Positions 12,574-25,812 of a DNA stretch of 64,000 nt are shown one piece after another. The notes under the pieces were generated by a model. The model was not told the origin of the DNA. It saw nothing but the letters and a program-made list of their open reading frames with translations, and searched no databases. Position numbers and translations under genes: made by a program. Origin of the DNA: Macrostomum lignano (lineage: Eukaryota); the NCBI GenBank assembly GCA_002269645.1, contig NIVC01002846.1, forward strand, positions 1 to 64,000. Direction: 5' to 3'. Position 1 is the stretch's first letter; every line of letters starts with the position of its first letter.

Positions 12574-13464
12574 CTCGGGTGCTTCTAGCTTTTAGGTTCA
12601 GAAGGTTCTTTTGAAAAAATAAGGCTCATAAGTTCAATGCTTGATATCTGCTCCTTACTACTAATTTTGACTCACAAGTAGTGGGCTCTGAAATTAAGCA
12701 AAAATCGGCAAAATTGTAAATATTATTTCGTTAATGCTTTTCGTACCGCATGTACTCTTTGACCCCCCGATCCGAGAACTGTCCTCCAGTCCCCACCCGC
12801 TTTGCTCCTACGTTTTTCTCATCCCAGCATCGACCTCAGTTGTAAAATAAATGCGCAACTATTGCTACTGTCAGTAATATACACTCACTGATTATTAATT
12901 GCGCAATGCATCTCGCGGGGATCTCATTAAGCCATGCTTTGCAGCGTCCTGGTGCCCGGCCGAACTCCAAGGACAACTGGAAGGACCGGACGCTTCGTTG
13001 CCTGGAAACATTTTTGAAGGCCTAAGACACGATATCCGAAATTCGGTTATGTCTTTTCCGGGTAAACGAAGTGTCGGTTCCGCTTACTTTCAGTAGTTCT
13101 TGTGTAAATTTTCTACGTAGGCAAAAACTAGCAAATATTTAACTGGCAATCACTGTTGCGTTTAAAGCAATAATATACAGTATTTACTGATATACTAATA
13201 CAGCTTTGAGTTCATCCTTGTTGGACCGAACGATAAATAATTGTTGTTTAGACTGGTCGTCTTTCTTAATTTGCTTGTGGAACACGCCGACTGTTATAGG
13301 GAATATTTTGCAGCCTTTGTTGCTGGGGCAGAATTCAAAGTGCAGGGCTGCCATTGGCTGAGGAACGAACCCTGACCCGCATCCTGACCCCATTGTTTAT
13401 CATACTGTCTCAGCTTTTGTCACAAATTTTATTGTCATTCACTCCGTTGACATCAACATCACTC

Positions 13465-13825
13465 AGCCTGTCTCTCACCCTGTCACTCACCCTGTCACGC
13501 ACCCTGTCACTCACCCTGTCACTCACCCTGTCACTCAGTCTGTTACCCTGTCACTCCCGTCAATCACCCTGCCACTCACCCTGTCACTCAGTCTGTTACC
13601 CTGTCACTCCCGTCAATCACCCTGCCACTCACCCTGTCACTCAGCCCGTCACTTACCCTGTCCCACACCCTGTCACGCACCCTGTCACTCACCCTGTCAC
13701 TCACCCTGTCCCACACCCTGTCACTCACCCTGTCCCACACCCTGTAACACACCCTGTCACGCACCCTGTCTGTCACCCTGTCACTCACCCTATGACTCAC
13801 CCTGTCCCACACCCTGTCACGCACC
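13465..13825. repeat. 12-bp minisatellite (cctgtcactcac)n just upstream of the ferroportin coding region
   Basis: About 30 units. It accounts for the LSLT/HPVT repeats at the N-terminus of ORF 13354-15444. Confidence 0.93.
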
Positions 13826-13872
13826 CCGTCGCCAACCCCCTTGCCATGCACTCTCCCTCGTCTCTCCTGTTC

Positions 13873-15933
13873 ATGCCGTCCCCCTGCTGCAGCGGCTGCA
13901 GCGGCAGCCCCCGCCGCCTGCTGTACGCCCTGTTCTGCCTGTCCTCCTGGGGCGACCGCATGTGGACTTTCGCGGTTGGCGTCTACCTGGTGCAGATCTC
14001 GCCCGGCTCGCTGTCGCTCACGGCGGTGTACGGCCTCTCCTGCAGCCTCGGTGTGTTCTCGCTGGGCTCGGCCATCGGCAACCTCATCGACCGGTCGCCC
14101 CGGCTGCTGGCCGCTCGCACCAGCCTGGTCATGCAGAATGGTCTCGTCAGCGTGTGCGCTGTGATCGTCTGCCTGATTCTCTCCGGCCTGGTGACCGCTC
14201 AGGCCGCTGCCGCCTTCGAGGCCGCCAAGGTGCTGGTGGTGGCGACGGCCCTGCTGGCTCAGCTGGCCAGCGTAGCGTCGAAGATCTGCGTCTCCAAGGA
14301 CTGGATTGTCGCCATCTGCGGCTCGGACAAAGAGCTGCTAGCGACGGCCACCGCGCACCTGCGCCGCATCGACCTGTCCTGCCAGGTGCTGGCGCCGCTG
14401 CTATTCGGCATGGTGACCACCTTCGTGTCGCCGCTGGCCTCGGCCATCACCGTGGCCTGCTGGAACCTCGTCTCCATGTGCGTCGAGTGGACGCTGCTGG
14501 GCCACATCTACGCCTCGGTGCCGCGGCTGGCTGAGAAAAACCAGCCGGCTGAAGCGGCTCAGCAGGACGCCGACGTTCTTGTTGAGGACGCCAATGATGA
14601 CGCTGCACCCGCCGCCGCACCCGCCGCCGATTCCCGTTTGCGGACCCGAATAGTTGGTCAGATTCGCGACCAGGTGGCGGGCTGGCAGCTGTACTTCCGG
14701 CAGCCCGTGTTCTGTGCCGGCCTGGCCCTGTCCAGCCTGTACCTGACCGTGCTGGGCTTCGACAATGTCACCACTGGCTACGTGTACTCACAGGCGGTGC
14801 CAGCGGCCGTGCTGTCCGGCTGCCTGGCCGTGTCGGCCGTGTTCGGCCTGCTGGGCACCCTGCTGTTCCCGGCGCTGCGGTCCCGCTTCGGCCTGCTGAG
14901 CTCCGGCCAGACCGGCTTCGTTCTGCAGGCGCTCAGCCTCCTGCCTTGCGTGCTGTCCGTCTTCGCGCCAGGCAGCCCCTTCGACCTGACGGCCGCGCCG
15001 CCCGTCCAGCAGATCAACGTTACGCAGCCGCAGTTCACCGAGCTGATGCTGTTCACCTTCGATGTCGGAGGCGCCGCTGGCGGCAACGGCACCGACGGCA
15101 GCGGTGGCGATCGACCGTCTTCCTACGCGTCGGTGGCGCTGCTGCTGGCGGGCATCGTGGTGTCGCGCACGGGGCTGTGGCTGGCCGACCTCAGCATCAC
15201 CCAGCTGTTCCTGGAGACCGTGCCGGAGCGGGAGCGTGGCCGGGTGTACGGAGTTCAGGAGAGCCTCAACCAGCTGCTGGACCTGGCCAAGTTCGGCCTG
15301 GTGGCCGCCCTGCCGCTGGTCACCCAGTTCGGCCTGCTGGTCTGCCTCTCCTATGCGGCCATCTGCTGCGGCGGCTGTCTTCACCTGCTGCAGGTGAGCC
15401 TTGCTGCCGTCACCACTGCTGCCAACCTCATCTCAGATCATTAAGGTCACATTGCAGGGGTTCTGCAATGGCTCCCTTCCAGGGCCGGGCTTGTGCAAGA
15501 AAACTGGTCGTGGGTTGTCCCCAAGGCACAGAGTCTACTGTACATGCCTGAAGATTAGAATTCAGGGCCGCTGCACACCCCGTGTACATCATGAGCAAAC
15601 ACAGCCTAAAAAGCATTGAAATGGCACGGCTCGACTCATTGGTTTTATGAGTCTATGAAGATACCGACAGACCTTTTTTAGTATATGGACTAGATATTTC
15701 GGCGAAATCCAGCCTCTTAAAGCTGTCCTTGGCAACCCCGCACCCGAACCCACGATTCTCCGCAGATATTCCGAAGCCGCAGTCGCAGCCGCACGGATTC
15801 CGCTGACAGCCGCAGCCTGACGAAGAGGCTCTTGACGGCCTGCTGCCCGAGCTCCGCCGCGTCTCTGCCGGTGAACCCGCCGCTGCAGTCGCCGATGTAC
15901 CTGGACACGATCCCGACTGACGGGGCAGTCTAG
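13873..15933 (+). CDS. SLC40A1: Ferroportin (SLC40A1) iron exporter, ~562 aa; join(13873..15393,15766..15933)
   Basis: Family motifs present: LSSWGDRMW, SKDWIV, LRRIDL, LYLTVLGFD, SRTGLWLADL, ERGRVYGVQESLNQLLDL. Phase-0 intron (cag|gtgagc ... ccgcag|ata) leads to a last exon ending TAG at 15933. The start at 13873 (MPSPCCSGCSGS) is tentative; a pyrimidine tract before AG 13891-2 could instead mark an acceptor for an upstream exon. Confidence 0.92.
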
Positions 15934-18334
15934 CCGGCCTGTTGCTTGGCGCTTCAGTTTTTATTGCTCACTTTCTTCAACTTTACAGGTGCCACCGTGT
16001 CGCAGGAGTGACAGCTGTGGCAGGTGCGCTGACATTCCTTTAAGCTCAGTGCTCACATTTGTCTAGTAAGCTTTAGGAAGATTTATCAGAATTGTGACCT
16101 TCTAAAATGATTCAATGATCGATCGACTGCGTTATTTTTAATCGTGCAAACTTTAATCTCGCTACTTCGAACTCAAGTAGTATGGCTGTCAAATTTAAAT
16201 CTAAAACTATTAAAAAACTTCAATTTATCAAATTACTGGTATTCTCCACAGATGCAGTTTTAACTGTCCAGATGTACAAATGTTTTTGAAGCCATTTCAG
16301 AAATTTATATAACTCTGCTTTCTCATTCCTTTGGTGGCTTTCCTGGCTTCTAATTTTGCACAGACCTGCCAAACTGATCAAACCGAATTCAACCTCCCTA
16401 GAGTCCAATTTTAAAGTCCACTTGTATTGCTCTCGGCGTCCCTTTATTTTTTTATTCCTCAGATTTATTTTTTCTCTATTTTAATCTTAATTTTGTTGTG
16501 CTGTATTACAAATTTATTTTGAGTTTGTCGTTTCAAAGAAACACACTATCTTTTATTGCTATAAGAAATAGCATATTAGTAATTTTAGTGCACTTTTAAG
16601 TGCAAACGCAGATCCAGAAATTCAGAGATTAAAGCAACTGCTTCAGAGCAGGAGCTGCTTAACTCAAATTTCTGGATCCGCGCTGATTCTATTGCGTCAA
16701 GTGCACAGTATTTTGATTAAAAGTACATATACAGTACTTGTAGTGTGAGATGAAGAATGTGTTATACAGAGCTCCGCTTCGTGTCGCCATGAACATGAAG
16801 CCATGCGAACCATATTCTATCCATCAACTTTTACATGTGAATGCAAATATAGGTAAATATCAAGCCTACCATTTTTGTAGTAATAGGAGGCTCAAGCATG
16901 ACTTAGACAGCTCCTGTTTGGCCACTACGAAAAACTAAACTTTGTTTGATGAATATTTTTTAACTTTCAATTAAGAGTTTAGCAGTAAACAGTATCTATA
17001 AATATCGATCTGTATGCAGGAATAGAAATCACTGGACTTAGTAAACTAATCCTGAACTTATGCAGTCCCAGTGTAATTTCCCTTTAAAGTCAGTACATGT
17101 AATTTAAAAGTTATGTACATCCTAACTGCCAGGTTTTTTCAATCTTCACGGAATGGCCGATTCTAGCTGATTTCCGAAACGTTTTCTTACTGAATTTCAC
17201 TTGATGAATTTGCGTAAGCACAATTAGCTTCGTTAGCTCCACAACTCCGCGAAATATCGATGTTCTTATGAACCTTGAGTTCCTAATTTTCTACTTTAAT
17301 ATTCCGCGGTGTAACATGTATTCAGGTCAAAAAGAAAATATAACTCTATACAATAAGCGCCGCATAGAAGAACAGCAATTTGTTATTTTTCGTTAGTAAA
17401 CAGTAGTAAACAGCCATTTGTTGGCTGTGACTGCTACCCAGTACAATTCACTTGTCGTACATTGTAAAAATTGTATATCGTACATGTAAATTCTAGTACA
17501 TATAAAAATACACGTACATGTTTATGTACTAAAAATATATCTTCATGCACCGCAATTTAATTTTTTCAATTAAGTGGCAGTCCAACTTTCTTGCTAACTC
17601 GATCACTGTCACCTTTTCTACTACCCACCCCTCCTCCGCCCAGATACAATTGCATAATAATTGTTCTGTTGAAATCTCTACACACCTTACTTGTTTTTAC
17701 TTTACTATGTACCACCCAAGGACCACTATATAGCTCTATATAATTCTATATACAGTGGTCCTTGGTACCACCCCATATACCACCACCACTTTTGTTGCTT
17801 TTGATTTTCACTGCTTGAAAACAAAATACTTATACTGCGTCATGACAAGCCTTACGCCGAAACTTCTGTCGCCAAAATAACTTTTCGCTGAGATGACTGG
17901 ATTCCTCTGAGACTGATAAACTCACTTCACCTTTCCTGATTGTTAAAATGAAAAAAATTCATAGAAATGCCTGACTATTTCAAACAGCGATTTTTTCTCC
18001 ACGCTTGCGCGCTGCTCGAATACAAGTTATATTCTTAGGGCCTACTTTAGTTATTAAAACGATTTTGTACCTAATGTGAACTATTTCCAATTAATATAAT
18101 TAGCTTAATTAAATTAAATTGCTAAAATTCTTAAAAATTTCCTAAAAAATTAATAGGTGTCACTTGTCCGGTGACTTTCTTTAAATTAAGACTACATCAT
18201 AATTGATTAGGCTTAATTTAAAAATTGTGCTTCTGTTTCAATTCAATTAGTTTTTATAGCTAGACTAGGCTCTAATTTGATTGGTTTAACATTTAGTGCA
18301 TCTCTTCCTTGATGTTTTGAACTTGAAAATTGTC

Positions 18335-21300
18335 ATGTCAGGAATTGGTTCCACTTTGCTAAAAAAGATGGGATGGAAAGAAGGTAAGTTTTGTAAATGA
18401 AGTGAGCATTAATGTTATAATTTATTCATTTTTTATTTGGTTTATTTTTACTTCTACCAAATATAGGTCTATTTGGCAAATATCAGGGTTTTTTTAAATT
18501 CATTTTTGGTGATTTGAAAGCAAGAAAACTATAAGGCAAAATCCAAAAACGTGGGATAAAAGTAAAAACGGAAATGGTAAAACAAATCTGCGGACATTCA
18601 ATAGAAATTAATATATCTAAAAAAAGGGTTTTTAATAGATAGATAGGTCTTTAAAAAATAGTTCTGGATAAAAACTATTGTTTTCATGCTTTATATCATT
18701 AAATAAATAAGAAAAAACCACAAAAAAGCATTTTAAAAGTCTGAGTTGACCAATTTGCAATTTTTTGTTTCACTTTTTTCATTATTAAACAAATAATTTT
18801 AAGACTTGTAGGCCTTAAAGAAGGCTAATTTTTTACTACTTATGAAACAAAAAGTAATCTGTGTTTTACTTTTTATTCTATTTAAAAAGATGAAGTATTT
18901 ATAAGGATTTCAAAGTTTTTCTAAAACCACATAAACTCACAAAAATTCATACTAATTTAAAGTGCAAAGTTTGCCAGCAAACATCTTTCTCTAAAAGTAA
19001 ATATGAGTATATTGCTGATTGATTCCTTGTTGCAAAATAATCTTTAAGTTGTTTTCTTTCATTTAAATATCAACTTGCATAGTATTAGTATTTGTAACAT
19101 GCCTATATTTAGACTTAAAAATTTTGGGTAAAAAATGGTACCACAAAATGTGAACCATTGTATATGTGTATGCCGAATGTGTATCATTGCGGCATGTATG
19201 CAGGAAAAAAATAATTTTCCAAATTACTTTGGTAGAAGCTGAGTAAAATGCAATTTTCCAATCCTTACGGCAATTTGTATGTTTAAATAATAGGCCTAAA
19301 CTTACATTGAATACAATTTATTGCAAACAAACTCTACAAAATATATGTTGTCAAGAGTAATGAAAGTGATAAATAAATAAACCCTAAAAATATTGTTAAA
19401 TATGTTGTAGAATTATAGTGTAACATTATAAGATAGTTAAAGTTAATAAAATATAATATTATAGCTTTTCTATCATTTTCATTAGAGTCATTTTAGGTCA
19501 TAATTAAACTTACCATTTTAACAAATCATTTTATTAAAAATAAAGCTATACATAAATAATATGTGCTCTTATAGACTTTTTACCTTTTAAAAACTTAAAT
19601 AAATTTATTTTATAGCTTTATTGCTTTCAAATTGCCAAAAAACAAATTTTCATAAAACTTGCCCCCAATTTTTGGATTTTGCCATAAAAATAAATTTATT
19701 TAAGTTTTAAAAAGTTAAAAAACATCTATAAAGGCACCAATTATTCACATATAGTCTTATTTTTAATAAAATGATTTGTTAAAATGGTTAAATAAATTAT
19801 GACCTAGGCTAAAATGACTAATAAAAATAATAGAAAAGCTCAAACAATGTATTTATTAACTTTTAAGTATCTCATAATATTACGTTCTATTAGGCTACAA
19901 TATATTTAACATTCTTTTTAAAGGTTTATTTGTTTATCACTTTCGTTACTATTGACAATGTGTATTTTGTAGAGTTTGTTTGCAATAAATGCTGTATTTA
20001 ATGTAAGTTTATTATTTAAGCATACGAATTCCCATAAGGATCAAAAAATTGCATTTTACTCAGCTTCTACTGAAGAAATTTGGAAAATTCTTTTTTTGCA
20101 TACATGCTGCAATAATACATATTTAAGTGTAATTTCATTGTTTTTCATCACTTAACAAGCATACAGTAAGTGTCAAAGGCATGATTGCTCTCACTGAAAT
20201 TATCCTACCACTGAGTCACCAAAGTTATGCTAGCAGTGTTCCTGTACAACATGAAATCCCACCGGTTAGCCACCAAGTTGTTGAAGGGCTGATTCTTCTG
20301 TCTCTACAAATGATTCTATAGCTGTCACTAAAGTTGTCAAAGGGCTTAACTTCTGTCTTTATAAATGATTCCACAATGCTACCAAGTTGTACTAGGGGTT
20401 ATACTTCTTTCTATTAAATGTCTTAATGTTAGTAGCTGCCACCAAGACTAAATTATGAGTTTATTAATCTTAGAATAAGTCTAAGAAATGTTTTTTGGAA
20501 TTAGTCTGAGTATATATCTGAGTAGTTGTCTGAGTATCTATTTGAGAATTTTTCTGAGTATATTGTTCTTAGAATACTATTTAGGCCTTACAAGTATTGT
20601 TCTCCTGTTATTCTGGCCTGAGCCTGAGCGGTATATTGGCTTACTGGTATATGTATTGCATGTACTTCCAATCCTAGGTATTACCAAGATCAGAGGGTCA
20701 CAGCCTCTGGTTATTCTTTCATGTATCAATTTAGGATCTACTTCATAGTCTCTTACTACTTCCACTTCTTAGTAGTATATACTGTATGTGTTCTCTGCCA
20801 CTTCACTTCTCTTCTGCAAATGAATAACTTGAAAAACAATCTTCAATAATGTTTACTTGGAACTCTTACTATTCACTTTAACTGTCTTGCTATCAAACTG
20901 CGATATGCAAGGTTGGTCTCTCCTCTGCCGAAAATGCTTCTATTTATACTAAAATTTACTGCTAGTTTAAACAAAAATTAGTTTGTGTAAAATATTATTA
21001 AAAATATGTGTATTATAACAAATGTGTTTTCCTTTTGGCACGCAAGATTTGGCACGCATTCAAAATGAGTTATACGATTATCAATTTTATAAAAGAATCG
21101 GGAGGGGCCCTGCACATAAGCATCTGATTTGGAAGCCAGGTAACACATTGGAATTCCTATAAGGATTGGAAAATTGCATTTTACTCAGCTTCTACTGAAG
21201 CATTTTGGAAAATTCTTTTTCCTGCATACACACCGCATCCGCAATAATACATATTTTAGTGTAATTTCATTGTTCTTTGTTGCCTCATAAGCCTACAAGA

Positions 21301-24300
21301 AGCATTTGATTTGGATGCCGGGTTCACATTTTGTGGTACCATTTTTCCCCCAATTTTTAAATCTAAATATAGGTAAATTACATACACTAATACTATACAA
21401 GTTAATATTTAAATGAAAGAAAACAACTTGAAGATTATTTTGCAACAAAGAATTAGCAGTATATTTACTTTTAGAGAAAGATGCTTGCTAGCAAACTTTG
21501 CACTTTAAATAAGTATGAATCTTTGCAAGTTAAGTGGTTTTAAAGAAACTCAGAAATCCTTTAAAATACTGCAGCTTTTTGAATAAAATAAAAAGTAAAA
21601 CACAGATTACTTTCTATTTTGTAAGTAGTAAAATATGAGCCTTCTTAAATGTCTAAAAGTCTTAAAAAAATTGTTTAATTATGAAAAAAGTGAAACAAAA
21701 ATGTGAATCAGTCAACTTAGACTTTTAAAATGCTTTTTTTGTGGTTTTTTACTCATTTATTAAATAATGCAAAGCATAAAAACAATAGTTTTCATCCAGA
21801 AATATTTTTAAAGACTTAAAGTCCAAATTGACCATTGTGATTTTTTGTATCCCTAGGCTCATTTCTATCCTCTGAGATGATCTTGCTACTGTCACCAAAA
21901 ATGTTGAAAGGCCAAACTTCTCTCTTTAAATCTCAATTGCTACTACCAAAGTAGTGTTCTGCTGTAACTATGGCTATGGCTATGGGATCTTATGGCAAAT
22001 ATGGTAAAATAAGTGCCTATGGCAACTATGGATATGCCTATAGTAGCAATGTTGGGCACCAGTCCATTAATAAGTATTAATAAGCATTAAGATTATACAT
22101 TAAAGTTAATAGACTGCCATTAATGGATTAATAGACTAATGGATTACAAATTTGTGTTAATAATTTTGTAAGTTAATAACAAATTCATTGTTAATGTTAA
22201 TGGCAATGTTAATGACCAGAGATGCAAAGAAAGAACAAAAATATAAGTCTAAAAAGAAGTTACAACATTATGAATATGTTTGAATTTACCTACATGCCTG
22301 ATTAATCTCTTTAATAATGCATTAAAATTGTGAACTTTATTGCTTGTGTGTAAGCATCAATTGCTTTTATTCACTTCATCACTTTTTAGCTTTTAAATTG
22401 CTTAGATGATCTTTGTGTTTCACTAAAAAGATGGAAAAGCAAAGACAGTACATTGTAAAGTCTGTTTTGTAAAAAAGTGTTAGATTTCTATATTTTCTGT
22501 GTTAACTTTAATGGATTAATGCTTATTAATAATTATAAATTAACTTTTAGTTACCTTAACAAAATTAAGAGTTAATAAGTTAGGATTTTTTTGTTTTAAT
22601 GCTGACACTTGCCATTAATGGAAGTTAAGATTTTCATTAATGGTGCCTAACACTGTATAGTAGATACTGCTCTTATGCTTGACTATGGAAATGTGGTAGT
22701 TGTTGTCATATTCAGTAGATTTCCATAGCCATAGTTAGTAATTAAAAAATATTAGAAATAGGTAGAATAAAACAAAGATACTTTGGTAAACTATATTGGA
22801 GACTTATAAACTTATAGATTATACCTAATAAAGTACAATAAAACATTAGCAAACTCTAACTCTTATCAATGTGAAAAAGTTTAGCGTTAGTACTTTCTGT
22901 AGTTATTAAAATTGTTACACTAAAAAAGATAAAATATAATCTTTCAAAGGCAATCAAGTGTTTGTTTTATTTCCATCTTAATTTGCAGTTGTTTAAGCAC
23001 AAGGTTATCTTCTCAATTCAAAATAGTTTGTTTCCTAGACTTATTGTTAAAACTATGCAGCTATGGCTATAGGAATTATAAGAATATGGTAATATTGAGT
23101 TCCTTATGGCTACTGAATATAGAGAATTGGAATAAGCCACAGTTTTGCTTATGGCTATAGCTACGACACATAGACCCCCCTTATAGCAGAACACTACCAA
23201 AGGTTGTTCTACTAGTTCCTAATGTTTATACTTTTATAGATATTGCATGAATATGCATATATGCTTCTGGTAGCATGTATTGTTATGCCTTTATATGCAG
23301 GCTTAACAACAAGTAATTCTTCTGCGGCTGCATACCAACTAGCTGCAGAATTCATTATTTATCTATTGGTAGTGACTATATTTATCTGCTGGCCCAAGCG
23401 GTCCTATGGCATTATCCTATTCCTATATTTATATTTTACTCTTATAAAGGGTTCTTCTATTAGTCCTAGGTATTCTTGGGTTCTTTGACTTTTTTACTCT
23501 GATTCAAATAGAATATTTGGTTGATTTGATATCTCTACCAGAGAGTGGATATGATATTAAACAATAAAAAGAGTAGACATGGTAGAGTAAGTATAGTAAA
23601 GAGAGTATGTATAAATATTATGAAAGTTGTGGCTATCTTGTTCTTATACTAAATATACTATTATCGCCTCAATGATCCTAGTTTTGAGATAAGATATCTA
23701 GCTGAAGTTTATTTTAGACCTATTGATCCACCCTATAGTAAAGCTACTAATGCACACTAGAAAATGATAATGCCATACTTAAGAAGGTGGCCTTTGCTGT
23801 AAAAAATCGAAATCAATCACCTATGAACTCAAGGGCTCCAGTGGTTTACTAGATATACCCATACAGGAAATTATGTTTTTATAATGATATCTATATCCTA
23901 GGTTTTTGAGGCCATATAGGCCCCTTGAAAATCTCACTGGAAACTGGATTTTTGGCATCAGAGGCATATCTGACAACTTCATTTTCCCCATGCCAGTTGC
24001 CAATTTAAAAAAATGATTTTGTAAATATAATAAAAGTGCCATATGAATCAATATGATGGAATTAGTTTTTTTTGGTTGCAGCATATACTGTATAGCAAAT
24101 CTTAGAGTTGAGAGAAAAAAATTCTGCTTTTCAAACATAGCCTTGGAAACATCCTCGAGAATTTGGCTAGGCCTAGTTGCCAATGGGCAACCAAAAATAG
24201 CCATTGGCAACTGGATTTTGAGCCTTAAGGGCCAGCTGGCAACTGGATTTTGAGCCCTAAGGGCCAAATGGCAACTGGATTTCCAACCTTAAAAAAACCT

Positions 24301-25314
24301 AGTCTATATCTATATATTCTGTCTAAAAAACCTCCATATGTTGCTTCAATGACCAACCAATGCCTAATGATAATTATCATCTTAATTACCTTAGGAACTG
24401 CAATTGGCAAGTCTGGAAATGGAATCGTGGAGCCAATTAAGCCAAAACTGAAAATTGGTACTGAAGGTGTAAGTCAACTTTTTATTACTTCAAATTTAAT
24501 AGGCTTGTATTCATGAGCTCAATTGTCCCTAACGTTTTTAATGCTTAGCCTGAAATAATGATGAGTTTGAGTTTCTCTGATCAAAAAACTGAAAGATTAC
24601 TGCTTGAAATGGCTTGACTTGAGCACAAAGTGCCCTAGCTAAGCTTGGCGCTCAACTTGGGACTTGCCAAATTCCCCTGCCTGGCTCAGTGTGCAGTGCA
24701 CTTCATGACCCTAAAAAATTAATAATGCAGCTACAATGCGTCACCCCCAAAATCACCTGAAGATGGGCTTCAAAGAGTCTGAGCGCCTCTGCTCGGGCTG
24801 GTGGATGGACGCCTTCAACCGAGCGGCCGGCGCCTCCGCCTCGCCCGCAACAGCCACTGCCGCACAGGCAACCGCGGCGCCCGTTCTGGGCCGGCCCTAC
24901 GGCACGGCCTTCTCCGCGGCCAGCGCCGTCCTTTGCGACGGCCGCGAGCAGCCGTCGGGTGCAGCCCCGTCGCCGGCAGAGCTCCCGGTGCCAGCTCATC
25001 TGCCGCGGACACCGTCGGACGCGGATCTGCTGGCGGCCTGCGGCGGTCGCACGGCTCACTGCGCCGCCAGATTCGGCTTGAGTCTGTCGGGCAAACTCGC
25101 CCGGGTTCGAGCTCAGGACCTCCAGACAGGCGGCAGCGACTCGACGACCGAATCAGCGGGAGCAGCTGTCGAATCAACGAAAAAGAGTAAAAAGGCGAAA
25201 AAGCGAAGGCGCGAGAAAGAGGCGGAACTGGAGACCCCCAGCGGCTCAGTTGTCAAAGCGGTTAAGATGAAGCGGAAACGAACTCGAACTCCTGACAGAG
25301 AAGAAGCTGAGTGA
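18335..25314 (+). CDS. GPATCH4: G-patch domain protein 4 homolog, ~224 aa; join(18335..18383,24395..24468,24763..25314)
   Basis: The G-patch is reconstructed across a 6-kb phase-1 intron: MSGIGSTLLKKMGWKEG|TAIGKSGNGIVEPIKPKLKIGTEG. The last exon has WWMDAFNRAA and SDADLLAACGGRTAHCAARFGLSLSGKLAR, matching GPATCH4 motifs, plus a Lys-rich tail. The acceptor at 24762 is weak. Confidence 0.8.
18645..21815. mobile_element. Nested foldback repeat complex in GPATCH4 intron 1
   Basis: The outer arms ~18645-19275 and ~21165-21815 are inverted copies. An inner hairpin pairs ~19195-19612 with ~19690-20125. The shared motif aattgcattttactcagcttctac occurs at ~20054 and ~21172, and inverted at ~19235. The arms are clearly diverged. 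Confidence 0.75.
21951..23197. mobile_element. Host MITE with 17-bp TIRs
   Basis: gtagtgttctgctgtaa (21951-21967) and ttatagcagaacactac (23181-23197), flanked on both sides by caaa. Subterminal ctatgg repeats. Confidence 0.6.
22047..22655. mobile_element. hAT-type MITE with 8-bp TSD nested in the previous element
   Basis: TIRs caatgttgggcacca / tggtgcctaacactg. Perfect TSD tatagtag at 22039-22046 and 22656-22663. An 8-bp TSD is characteristic of hAT. Confidence 0.8.
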
Positions 25315-25812
25315 CATGACTTGCGTGTAGACTGTAGAGTTTCATAATTCATACCATACGACCATACATGTGGGTTGGCTGCTGTCAGTCTTAATAAACC
25401 GTTACGCTTCCAGTGTATTGCAAGTGACAGGTTAATTAAAAATGAGAACTCAGAAATCGGAAAGATTGTCATTTAATTATCAAGTCAAGAGGAACGTCTG
25501 GGCGAATGTCTTTATTTGGCAATTTGTAAGCAAGGAACGCGGTTTAAGAGTTAAGGCATGGATTGTGCAAGTGCATTTTACAAGGTGGCAGGGGAAATTC
25601 GGTTGTCTTAGTTCAGCAGTTCAGCTACAGTTTGGGTTTATCACAAACCTGGACGGAAAGGTAATTGTAAAATTTTCACAGCAACACTGAGACCGGCCCG
25701 CCCATTGGAGTGGGAAGAGAGCAGGGTAGTCTCAATTTTGCACCTGAAGTGACGTCATGAAAAATATCTCATTAGCTCAATCGTCAATTCTATAGCCATA
25801 CTCGTCTGCAGT

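Noticed and set aside
11638-15551. Multiple overlapping Arg/Pro/Ala-rich ORFs over the nkd and ferroportin exons (also over the Amt, POT and PHYH exons)
   Set aside because: These are alternative-frame and antisense shadows expected from GC-rich codon usage.
12600-16100. Iron-responsive element near ferroportin
   Set aside because: No CAGUGN loop with a pairing 5-bp stem and bulged C was found upstream. The cagtgc at ~16047 lacks a complementary stem.
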